The translations under genes were made by a program, and so were the position numbers. A model generated the notes under the pieces. The model worked only from the letters and a program-made list of their open reading frames with translations. It was not told where the DNA came from and did no database searches. Shown in pieces: positions 12,478 through 24,635 of a DNA stretch of 64,000 nucleotides (position 1 is the stretch's first letter; each line of letters starts with the position of its first letter). Source of the DNA: Eledone cirrhosa (lineage: Eukaryota); the NCBI GenBank assembly GCA_964016885.1, contig OZ024762.1, positions 5,704,001-5,768,000 on the forward strand. Direction: 5' to 3'.

Positions 12478-13753
12478 AATGTGTGTGTGGAGAGAGAGAG
12501 TCTGCGGTGCTGAGACAGAAAGACCACAAATCAGAGGAAGTACTCAATGTATGGAAAGAAGCAGAGTGGGTATAAAGGAAGGTATAAACTGCTTGGTATT
12601 GGGGGGGGGGGTTATACTTCTCTCTCTCTCTCACTATATATAAGTATGTGCGTGTGTGAGTGGTTTATACCAGACATTGTCACGCAGATATATGATCAAG
12701 TATGAAAAGTCCATATGAAATATCTACGGCTATGTCCAGTCCAAGTCCAGTCAAAGTCCAGACCAAGTCCAGTCAAAGTCCAGACCAAGTCCAGACAGTT
12801 AGGACTACACAAGGACGACAACAGACAATAGGCATACGTTACAAACTCTATGGGGGTGTCTTTTGTTGTTGTTGTTATTCATTCTTGCTTTGGAATAGAG
12901 CAAGAGAATAAGCGAACGAAGGAATGAACGAATCAATTTACGAACGCATCAACGACGACTGGAATCATAAGCATCGACAGACGACACGCGCAAATTCGCA
13001 CACACACACACACATATATATACACATGCACCTATATATACACACACATACACACACACACATACACATATATATACATGCACCTATATATACACACACA
13101 CATATATATATATACATGCACCTATATACACACACACACGCACATATACACCAACATACACAACGCACCTACATATGTTCACCTATACACACGCGCGCAG
13201 ACTTGCCTGTAGTATTGACAGGTAAATTGGATTTATGTACGAACACACATACATACATATGTACATATATATATATATACACGCATGCATACATACATAC
13301 AAACACACACATATATATATATATATACAGAAAAAGGGAGTTGATTGAAATCTATTGTCATATTTAAGAATAGTGGTGGTGTGGCGGCGCGGGGGGCACG
13401 AGCTGTCATTAGATATAAAAGGTACCTTGTTGTATTTGATTGCGGTGGGTTCCATTCACGCCAAAGTCAACTTTACCTTTCATGTTTCCGGCGTCGATAA
13501 AAAATACAACTATGTACCAATTGAAGGGCCAGAGATCGATATAATCGATTGCTCCTATTGCCATCCCCTCCCCCTACCCCCACCTCCACCCACACCAATA
13601 TCTGTGGCCTTTTCCCTTGTATCTAAGAAAGCAGGATTTAGAATCGTACTTACATACAGTCTGTGAGATCCATTCCGACCGATGCCACCGACTTTGTACA
13701 CACACATACATGGTCTCACACACACACACTCTCTCTCACACATACACATACAT

Positions 13754-13794
<41 letters not shown>

Positions 13795-13977
13795 ACCTGA
13801 ACCAACAACAAGAAGTAATTCTGTGAAGAACCTTAACGAACACTAGCTTTGCTGAAACATCGGAGCTATGTTGTAAAATAATGAGTAAATAAACTTAAAT
13901 ATATATATTTACTCTGCCGTAAATATTGAGTTCTTCCTCTTTTGTGAACTACTATCACTAGATTAGCATGTGTGTGT

Positions 13978-14059
<82 letters not shown>

Positions 14060-14220
14060 CAAGAAATAACTATAAGGTAGCATTAAATACCTACAAACAT
14101 ACAGGTGTCTAGATTTATACACACACATACATACATACATTCTCTCCCTCTGTGTATATATATGCATGTATATATGTATGTGTATGTGTGGTGTGTGTGT
14201 ATATATATATATGTGTGTGT

Positions 14221-14280
<60 letters not shown>

Positions 14281-14355
14281 ATGTATATATGCACACACAT
14301 ATATTCATACACCACACACACACACACACATTCTCACCCTCTGTGTATATATATG

Positions 14356-14410
<55 letters not shown>

Positions 14411-14413
14411 GTG

Positions 14414-14445
<32 letters not shown>

Positions 14446-14487
14446 CGATATTAAATAAATGGAAACTATATTTATAAAACCATATTT

Positions 14488-14550
14488 ATTTCATTATATA
14501 TATTTCAGGGATATCATATTAACAATATGCTATGCCTTCCTCAGACAAAA
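14488..14550 (-). ncRNA. Hammerhead motif, same subfamily as 10960-11022
   Basis: uuuugu-CUGAGGA-agg...ccu-GAAA-uauauaua-augaaa. Confidence 0.65.
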
Positions 14551-14846
14551 TACAATATAAACAGTTTTATAGATAAATAGATTTGACATACCGTACAACA
14601 TCGACTTGTATTTGATGTCGAGTGCTTTTATATCAGTTATTAATATTTACTAGTTGTAACCCAACAATTTAAATATAACTTTCCATATATATATATATAT
14701 ACACACACACACACCTCAAACACCTCACACACACACACACACACACACACGTCTATTTATGATAAATATATTTCATATCACCTACACACTACAACAACAA
14801 CAACTACAACTACAACAACAAACAATAACAATAACAAAAGACTTAC

Positions 14847-15020
14847 CTCATTTGTACTGTTATATTTCTTATTTAAATTCATATGTAAACAACATATCTA
14901 TCTTACTGCCAAGATACAAACACTTTATATATCACTTTTGTTATGTATAATCCATTCAATCGCGAAATTTAGACATTATTTTCATGTATTTTTCCCGTCG
15001 GTTCTTGTCAACGAAAATTA
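14847..15020 (-). other. Candidate first exon and promoter of a leftward spliced transcript
   Basis: ATGAG|GTAAGT donor at 14847/14846; CpG-containing E2F-like motifs (tcgcgaaa, tttcccgtc) at about 14960-15000. Confidence 0.35.
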
Positions 15021-15135
15021 CTTCATATTTTACAGCTTGCCTATACAACATATACACACCAGATTTATTATGTATGCTTATGCATATACACATTGGTAAT
15101 GTATATATATATTTACATACATACACACACGTATG

Positions 15136-15169
<34 letters not shown>

Positions 15170-15203
15170 TGTATGTATATATGTATGTGTCTATGAATGT
15201 ATG

Positions 15204-15280
<77 letters not shown>

Positions 15281-15456
15281 GTATATAGTAAGAATAATAA
15301 ATGTGAAGACTAAAATCCAAAGAGGGCTCGATAAGGATTAATATATATCAAATATACAAGAACCCTAGAGCAAATATATATATATATATACATACATATG
15401 TATGTATGTATATATACATATGTACGTATGTATGTATGTATGTATGTATGTATGTA

Positions 15457-15496
<40 letters not shown>

Positions 15497-15539
15497 AGAA
15501 TATATGTATGTGCGAATGTGTGTGTGTGTGTGTGTGCGA

Positions 15540-15577
<38 letters not shown>

Positions 15578-15990
15578 GTGTGTAGAAAATATATGTCGTT
15601 ATATATCCATGGAAGTTTTAATTAACGGAGTGAGTTTAGAATCCATAAATTGGTGGTGAACTTGTCGTTTTCCATTGGTGGGGACTGCCTTGCTTCTCTC
15701 TTACAGCAGACTCGCTTTTCAAATGTTTAGGTCTACACGCGCGCCTCTGCGTGCGTGGGTGTATTTGCGCATGTATGTATGTGTATATGTGATATGTATG
15801 AATGTAATGTATGTGTGTGTGTGTGTATGTAATGTATGTGTGTGTGTATGTATGTATGCCTGTGTATATATATATATATATATATGAGTGCGCGCGTGTA
15901 TGTGAATATGTGAACGAAAAAGAGACTGAAGAAGTGAGTGAGAGAAATAAGAAACGAATGAATGAACGAGTTAGAGAACGAGGGAGAGCT

Positions 15991-16057
<67 letters not shown>

Positions 16058-16671
16058 CAGAAAGAATGGAAGAGTGGGTGAATGAATGAAAGAACGAGAG
16101 AAAGAGCAAAAGAACGAGGGAGAGCGTGAAATGTCAAAAGAAAAATGAATAGAATGAAAGAATGTGTGAACGAGTAAAGGAACGAGTGGAAGAACGAGGG
16201 AATAGATAAATGAAAGAGGGAAAGATTGGGTGAAAGAAATACCGAAAGAAGAATACAATGAAAGGATGGAAGAGTGAGTGAGTGAAGGAAGGAACGAATG
16301 AAGGGAGGAATGAAAGAACGACTGAATAAATGGCGAAGGAGTAAGAAAACGAGTGAGAGATTGAGAGAGAAATACAGAAAGAATAGAATGAAAGAATGGA
16401 AGAATGAGTGAGTGAAGGAATGAGTGAATGAGAGACACTTGCTTTGCATTTTTTTGTTTTGTACTTCGTTCAAAATATTCTTTATTCAATTCTCTAGTCA
16501 CTGTTGATTGTTTCCAACAACAACAATAACAACAACACCGGCATCATCACCACCACCACCATAACATCAACAACAACAACTACCACCATCACTACATACG
16601 GCACACCAACACCGGTAGCAGTGGTGGTATATATAGTGATGATGGTATATACAGTGATACCACAATCATCA

Positions 16672-16787
<116 letters not shown>

Positions 16788-16908
16788 TCTGTGGTACTGA
16801 GACCGAGGAGACTATGGGAGAACTCAATGCATGGGAAGATACAGAGTGGGTATAGAGATTTGTAAAATTCCAACACGCAAGCTGAAACGGCTTGGCACTA
16901 CAGTTGGG

Positions 16909-16983
<75 letters not shown>

Positions 16984-17155
16984 TAAATTAATAAAAACAA
17001 AGAACAAGTTCCTTATATTAAAAAATTCATCATTTTACGATATTTCTGGGATGTGTGTTGGTATGTATATCATATAGATCTATGTAAAAATATTACAAAT
17101 TGTCAGAGGAAATATACATACCTTCACATATACATGCCGTCCTCAGAAATGATAT

Positions 17156-17695
17156 GTGTTTATTGAAAAAAACAAACGGGTTACTTGGTATAATGCTCCA
17201 TTTAATCTACAAATTAAAGACAATATCCCTAAAAAATTCTTTGCTATCCTAGAGAAAAACTTCCCACCAAACCATAAATACCATCAAATTTTAAATAGAT
17301 CAACTGTCAAATTTTCCTACTCCACTACCAAAAATATACAACAGAATTTAAGTGCGTACAACGCATATAAGTGTAAAAAAATTTACAAATATACCACCAA
17401 CACATCAAACCAACCATAATACTAAAATAAACCGCAACAACCACCATCTCCTTCACCTATAACAAGTCGAGTAAACTCCACACCAAATTTGACTAACTCC
17501 CCTGATATAATATTCACGAATGGTTGTAACTGTAGAATCAAAAGAAATTGCCCATTAAAGGGAAATTGACTTATTAATAACATAGTCTATAAATGTAAAA
17601 TTAGCACTAAGGACTCCACTTATTCATATATAGGAGCTATGTCTAACCAATTTAAAGTAAGATTTAATACCCACAAACATAGTTTTAAAAATGCC
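17156..17695 (+). mobile_element. Penelope-like element relic (RT-EN linker and GIY-YIG), second family
   Basis: KRVTWYNAPFN...FPPNHKYHQILNRSTVKFSYS, then CNCRIKRNCPLKG...NIVYKC...YIG...FKVRFNTHKHSF. Confidence 0.85.
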
Positions 17696-17919
17696 TCTCC
17701 AGGTCTGAACACAGCCAATTTTTTCTATAAAGGAAGAACCAACCCCAGTACTGGACTGGTACTTTTTTATTGACCTCAAAAGGATGAAAGGCAAAATTGA
17801 CCACGCCAGGATTTGAACTCAGAGCATGCAAAGAGGTGAGACAAATATCGTAAAGCATTCTATCCGATATCTTAACAACTCCGCCAATTCGCCGCCTTAT
17901 ATATGCATATACATACGTA

Positions 17920-18260
17920 GATTAGAAAGAAACGAAGCTTGCATGCTCCAATGGATGTGTAATAGTAATGTACGCAAACGGCAAAGCATAAACGAATTGA
18001 GAGAGACTGAGCATAAGAGGTATCAAATGTTGTGTGCAGGAGAGGAGATTGAATTGATATGGTCATGTGATGCATATGAAGGACAACAGCTGTATAAAAA
18101 GTGCAGAGCGATCAAAATTGATAGAAGCTACAGAGTGAGTAGACCCAAAAAAACCTGGGAGGAGGTGATAAAAACTGACCTTGCTCACTTACACCTCTCT
18201 AAGACAATGTTACTGGATCGAGATCTTTGGCGCTAAACAGTTATACAGAGGACCCACCTT
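17920..18260 (+). mobile_element. RTE LINE 3' fragment
   Basis: LERNEACMLQWMC...RPKKTWEEVIKTDL. Confidence 0.75.
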
Positions 18261-18351
18261 CCCTTGCATACAAACTTAAACCTACAGTCAGTAGGCACCT
18301 CTTAACCCAATATACACCCCACACACCCTACTCCCTCCTCCCATTTCCGTT

Positions 18352-18947
18352 CACTGTAAAGTGGTCGTGTAGGAGACATGGTAAAAAGGCTCCCAGTCCA
18401 CACTGTAAAGTGGTCGTGTAGGAGACATGGTAAAAAGGCTCCCAGTCCACACTGTATAGTGGTCGTATAGGAGACATGGTGAAAAGGCTCCCAGTCCACA
18501 CTGTATAGTGGTCGTATAGGAGACATGGTGAAAAGGCTCCCAGTCCACACTGTATAGTGGTCGTATAGGAGACATGGTAAAAAGGCTCCCAGTCCACACT
18601 GTATAGTGGTCGTGTAGGAGACATGGTAAAAAGGCTCCCAGTCCACACTGTATAGTGGTCGTGTAGGAGACATGGTAAAAAGGCTCCCAGTCCACACTGT
18701 AAAGTGGTCGTGTAGGAGACATGGTAAAAAGGCTCCCAGTCCACACTGTAAAGTGGTCGTGTAGGAGACATGGTAAAAAGGCTCCCAGTCCACACTGTAT
18801 AGTGGTCGTATAGGAGACATGGTAAAAAGGCTCCCAGTCCACACTGTAAAGTGGTCGTGTAGGAGACACGGTAAAAAGGCTCCCAGTCCACACTGTAAAG
18901 TGGTCGTGTAGGAGACATGGTGAAAAGGCTCCCAGTCCACACTGTAA
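18352..18947. repeat. Minisatellite, 49-bp unit, about 12 copies, amplified from a SINE/LINE 3' segment
   Basis: cactgta(a/t)agtggtcgt(g/a)taggagacatggtaaaaaggctcccagtcca; runs into gtaaatgtggttggcgt; reverse homologue at 19118-19165. Confidence 0.95.
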
Positions 18948-19459
18948 ATGTGGTTGGCGTAGCATCATCATCATTTAATGTCCATCTTCCATGCTAGCAT
19001 GGGTTAGATGGGTTTGTTCAACTTGAGGCAAGATTGGTCGGGTGGCCGTGTCTTGCTTGTATAGAACTATCTGGTAGGTTTTCTACGGCTGGATGCCCTT
19101 CCTAATGCCAAACACATTTACAGTGTGGACTGGGAGACTTTTTACCCTGTCTGCTATACAACCATTTTTCAGTGTGGACTGGGTGTTCTGTGGTACCAAC
19201 ATAACTTTACAGAGAAAGGGTAGTGTGGTGCCTCACATCTGTATAGACCCCTGCCTCACATCTGTATATCTACCCCTGCCTCACATCTGTATAGACCCCT
19301 GCCTCACTGCCTCACTGTCTTCGCTTGGACATCTAGAATATACCAAAGCTATCCAGTAATTCCATCCACACAGTATCAAGGCATGACACACATATATATC
19401 TATCTAAGACTGTCAACTGTCTTCACCTGATCATAATGACACACACACACACTGAGTGT

Positions 19460-19850
19460 GTGTGTGTGTGTGTGCGTGTGTGTCTGAATCCCTAAAACTC
19501 GAGAAGTACCCAACCGATTTTTTTCAAACTTTACATGTGTATTATGTTTCAGGGAGTGTTATGCACATACAAATTCAACTTTTTGATCCCCTAGGGCCCA
19601 CATTAGGTGAAAAACTGCATTTTTTCAGGGTTTTAGGGGTTTTTTGAGGCGTTATGTCAGACCGATTTCCTTGAAATTGTAACTATGTATTAGTCAGTCT
19701 CTTCTTCATACCGTGAACAAAGAAAATCTAACTTTTTTATGGCCTAGGGCCCGCATTAGGTGAAAAACTTTATTTTTTCAGCTTTTTAGGGCTTTTTTGA
19801 GGCCTTACGTCTAGCCGATTTTCCCAATATTTCAAGGCATATTATGCACT
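19460..19850 (+). mobile_element. 3'-truncated copy of the Helitron at 53048-53549
   Basis: Shared sequence gaatccctaaaactcgagaagtacccaaccgattttttttcaaactttaca... Confidence 0.7.
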
Positions 19851-20358
19851 GTAGCCTCAGTATATCTCTACCAACTGGGACAGCTCTGTCTTACTCTGGT
19901 GTGGTGAAATGAGAGGTAACCTCAGTATATCTCTACTGGGACAGCTCTGTCTTACTCTGGTGTAGTGAAATGAGAGGTAGCCTCAGTATATCTCTACCTA
20001 CTGGGACAGCTCTGTCTTACCCTGGTGTAGTGAAATGAGAGGTAGCCTCAGTATATCTCTACTGGGACAGCTCTGTCTTACCCTGGTGTAGTGAAATGAG
20101 AGGTAGCCTCAGTATATCTCTACTGGGACAGCTCTGTCTTACTCTGGTGTGGTGAAATGAGAGGTAGCCTCAGTATATCTCTACTGGGACAGCTCTGTCT
20201 TACCCTGGTGTGGTGAAATGAGAGGTAGCCTCAGTATATCTCTACTGGGACAGCTCTGTCTTACCCTGGTGTGGTAAAATGAGAGGTAGCCTCAGTATAT
20301 CTCTACTGGGACAGCTCTGTCTTACCCTGGTGTGGTGAAATGAGAGGTAGCCTCAGTA
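19851..20358. repeat. Minisatellite, 61-65-bp unit, about 8 copies
   Basis: gtagcctcagtatatctctactgggacagctctgtcttaccctggtgtggtgaaatgagag. Confidence 0.95.
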
Positions 20359-20879
20359 ACAGATCACTTTGTTCTGTTATTTGAAACTTTTGATATTGTT
20401 AATACAGTAGAAATAGCAACGTCAAATAGAGTGACTTGCTCAAGGACACGATGATGATGATGATGATGAGGATTATGATGATGGTGATGGTGATGATGAT
20501 GGTGATGATGATGGTGGTAATGATGATGGTGGTAATGATGATGATGATGGTGATGGTGATGATGATGATGGCAATGATGATAATGATGGTGATGGCGGTA
20601 ATGATGATGATCATGGTGATGGTGATGATGATGATGGCAATGAAGATGGTGGTAATGATGATGATCATGGTGATGGTGATGATGATGATGGCAATGATGA
20701 TGATGATGATGGTGATGGTGGTAATGATGATGATGAAGGCATGAATCAAACTCCCGACCTGACAATTGTGAACTAAAACAACCTAACCACTAAGCTATAC
20801 ACCTCCACAATTATATAACCAATCAAAATAGAATACATAGTCACACTTAACAATACAAAATCCTGTCAGCTTAGTCCAC

Positions 20880-20934
<55 letters not shown>

Positions 20935-21444
20935 CTTAGCAAAGAAAACAGAAGCTAAATGTTGTTATGATGATGCTATAGATATATATGTATATACTAA
21001 ATGTGCACATATATATATATATATATAGATATATGGATTGAGAGGGACAAGGCTGTGTGGTTACTGATAACGAGTGTTAGAAAAGGGAACACGAACAAGA
21101 GATAGACATTTTCCCTTCATCAGTTGTCTACTACAGGTCACAGATGTTTTAGTGCATTAGAGACAATACATCTATCTATAGCACACCCATAACTTATTAT
21201 CAACACGTTATGAGGGAAAGAAAAGATGAAAAAGAGGCGATAGTGGAGAGAGAGAAAAAGAGAGAAAAAAAGAAAAAAAACATACCGAAAGAAGGGGATA
21301 ACACAGGACAATGGCACATTGTAGTAATCAGGGGGAAAGAAAGGACAAAGTTAAAAAGAGGCAGTTGTGTTTAAGCCCAGGGGGCCTTATTAACATTGAG
21401 AGAGCAAGAGAACACGTCCGTTCTTGGTGAGAATGGTGTAAAGA

Positions 21445-21862
21445 GAACATGAGAACATACATGCTTCATTTCTTTCCAATCCTCGCAGGTCCTCTGCCCA
21501 CTGTGCCCAGGTCTCACTACTATGTAATATTGCTGTTGGTATATAAGCATCGTACAATCTGCCCTTCATTTTTAAGGAAAAACCTTTTGTAGCTAACAAG
21601 GGTATTAGCTCTCTGAACTTTCTCCATCCCATTCTTACTCTGGATACTGTACTTTCGGAACACCCTCCTCTACTGCTGATTTTGTCACCCAGGTAACAGA
21701 AAGTGTCTACTATTTCTATAGAACCATCTGGACATTTGCAGGAGCTATAGTATCCAGTGGGAATTTGCTACTTACTGTACATGAGCATCGGCCACATATA
21801 AAACCTATGTTCTTTGATAGCCTGGCTGTGATACCACTACATCTTTTATGTACCCATAGTTT
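21445..21862 (-). mobile_element. RTE LINE fragment
   Basis: GWRKFRELIPLL...LYDAYIPTAILHSSETW; upstream LWVHKRCSGI. Confidence 0.85.
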
Positions 21863-22629
21863 TTATATATATATATATAAGAAATTCTTTATTAAACATT
21901 ACAAATAATAAGAGTTACTTCCCTGTCGATGTTTACTTATGTAAATTAAATATTAATAAATATATAATACATTTATGCATAAAAGCAGTTATATGGATTT
22001 ACATGATTGTATATCCATATATTTAACATATATACATATATGTTAAAATATATTACCTTACGATAATTTTTTTATATAACGAATATAAATATATTTCATA
22101 ATTCTAAAATATAACATATATGTATATACGCAAATATTTCCGCATTTATATATATAATTATGCATAAATATTTAATTAACTGATACAGCACCCTTTAATG
22201 GCTGCCCCACAACCAATATAAACACACTATTTTTCAAAATTCTCTCGCGTCTAAAGTAACAGTCTTTTTATCCGTTCAATATATCCCAGTGAAGGCGTGT
22301 GGCTGAGTGGTTTGAGAATTGGATTCACAATCTTGAGGTTGTGAGTTCGATTCCTGGACCAGGCGATGTGTTATGTCCTTGAGCAAGACACTTTATTTCA
22401 CGTTGCTCCTTCTACCTGGAGTTGCGACCGATAGATAGTACTAGCACCTGGAAAGACCGATGAAAACATTGTTTAGTCGGTCCGATTTAACAAAAGTCAA
22501 TCGATATATATATATCCCTGTTAAGGTATACCTTATGAAATTTTGAGTTTTGCTGCACATGCCCACTGTAAGCTGAAGATGAAGGTTTATATTTTGGTTA
22601 TGTCACTATCTTATACATCATACATTATA

Positions 22630-22685
22630 TTTTATCTGAAGAAAGCATACCATAATTTGGTATCCTTGAAATACGTATAATAAAA
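22630..22685 (+). ncRNA. Minimal type I hammerhead ribozyme motif
   Basis: uuuuau-CUGAAGA-aagcauacca(uaauu)ugguauccuu-GAA-auacguau-a-auaaaa; palindromic stem III. Confidence 0.75.
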
Positions 22686-23139
22686 ATACACACACACATA
22701 TATATATATGGCACTTCTCCAAAATGGCTGACTAAATATCACGTCTTTTTCTAAAAAAAAAATATTTTTCCATTCCTTCCATTTCTCTCTATCTTTCTAT
22801 TTCATCTTTTATTTCTAAATCTATTTTCTGATGAAGGACCAGTGACTGAAATGTTAAGCCTCTTTACCTACTATATCAAGCATTAAACTAATATATATAT
22901 ATTACTTATGTTGTGTATATATTTGTTTTTATCTTTTCTCTAACCCATTGCTATCCATTTTAAAAGAGGTTGGAAACCAACATTTGTCAAAAGCCAAAGA
23001 TGTTGGAAACTCTCCTTTCCAGAGAGGTACTATGCTAGTATATATATTTTTTATATTTTGTTAACCCATTGTGGTCCTGCTCTTGACTTTGTCGTGCTCT
23101 ATTATATATTACATACTATATAATATACAATATGCATTA

Positions 23140-23750
23140 TCTATATATCTAAAACAGAGAATGTCTGTCTGTCTGACTCCCTAAAACTCAAGAACCACCC
23201 AACCGAGTTTTTTCAAACTTTACACATGTAATACTTATGGCCCTGCGAGTGTTTTGAGCAAAATCAATTTCAAATTTTCAATGCCCTAGGGACCGCATTA
23301 TGCAATTTAGCGATCTCTCTCTATAATTCTTAGTCTTTCTTTTTAGATAGATACATAGATATAACGTTGAGCCTTATAATATCTGTCTGTATGTCTGTAT
23401 GCCTGCATCACGACATTATAACGTCACTATATGTGTGTGTGTGTGTATATATGTATACTAGCTGTTTAACCCGGTTTTACCCGGGAGGTTTGGTTCACTG
23501 ATATGAATTCAACTTCTTTTCTCCACCAAGAAACCAACAAAAATCACAAAAAGAGACCACGAAAAACAAAAAAATATTAAGAATAACAAACCGAAATCCT
23601 AATAAATTTGTTGTCAAATAAGGTTGAAAACAGAAATATGATTTTGAAGTGAAAAACGAACCACCGGAATGCCACCCATTTTAAACTGCTTATTGTAGTT
23701 AAATAAACTAATGAAATGCAAAGTATGCTTTGTTAATTTAAATGTGTTGT
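23140..23750. mobile_element. Helitron 5' fragment (+, 23140-23400) facing a Helitron 3' end (-, from 23458)
   Basis: ctatatatctaaaacagagaatgtctgtctgtc start; actagctgtttaacccggttttacccggg is a reverse-complement hairpin plus CTAG terminus. Confidence 0.6.
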
Positions 23751-24136
23751 TTATACAGTAGAAGTCTGCTTAGAACATACTATATATTATATAATATATA
23801 CTATATATAATATATAGTATATGATATATATATATATATATATACCTCGTCCAAACCCATGCAAGCGTGGAATATGGACGTTAAACGATGATGATGATGA
23901 TGATGATGATGATATGTTATATGTTATATACTATATACAATATTATATATTATGTAATATATATTATATACTATATACTATATATCATATACTAAATACA
24001 TTATACATTATATATTGTATACTATATACATTATATAATATATAACATAATATATATTACATTAATGTATTTGTTTTTCCTGCAATAGGATGTCATAACC
24101 ATGGTAATACTGATTGCTTTGACATTTGCACATTTT

Positions 24137-24635
24137 CACATGTACAACAAAATACTATCACCTCTCTCTCTCTCTCTCTCTCTCTACCTACCTACCTACC
24201 TCTCTCTCTCTCATGTACAACAAAATACTATCACCTCTCTCTCTCTCTCTCCCTACCCCTCTCTCTCTACCTACCCCTCTCTCTCTCTCATGTACAACAA
24301 AATACTATCACCCCCCTCACTCTCTCTCATGTACAACAAAATACTATCACCTCTCTCTCTCTCTCTACCCCTCTCTCTCTCTCTCTCTCTCTCTACCTAC
24401 CTCTCTCTCTCTCTCTACCTACCCCTCTCTCTCTCTCATGTACAACAAAATACTATCACCCCCCTCACTCTCTCACATGTACAACAAAATACTATCACCT
24501 CTCTCTCTCTCTTTCTACCTACCTCTCTCTCTCTCTACCTACCTCTCTCTCTCTCTCTCTCACATGTACAACAAAATACTATCACCCCCCCTCACTCTCT
24601 CACATGTACAACAAAATACTATCACCTCTCTCTCT
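24137..24635. repeat. Irregular tandem repeat: constant core separated by variable CT-rich spacers
   Basis: About 8 copies of catgtacaacaaaatactatcacc with (CT)n/cctac spacers. Confidence 0.85.

Noticed and set aside
18302-18974. Repetitive ORFs of about 210 aa in three minus-strand frames
   Set aside because: Product of a 49-bp tandem unit without stops, derived from a retroelement tail
24137-24635. Constant repeat with variable spacers resembling a CRISPR array; also the 26-, 40- and 49-bp arrays
   Set aside because: Spacers are CT microsatellite or absent, there are no cas genes, and the context is eukaryotic
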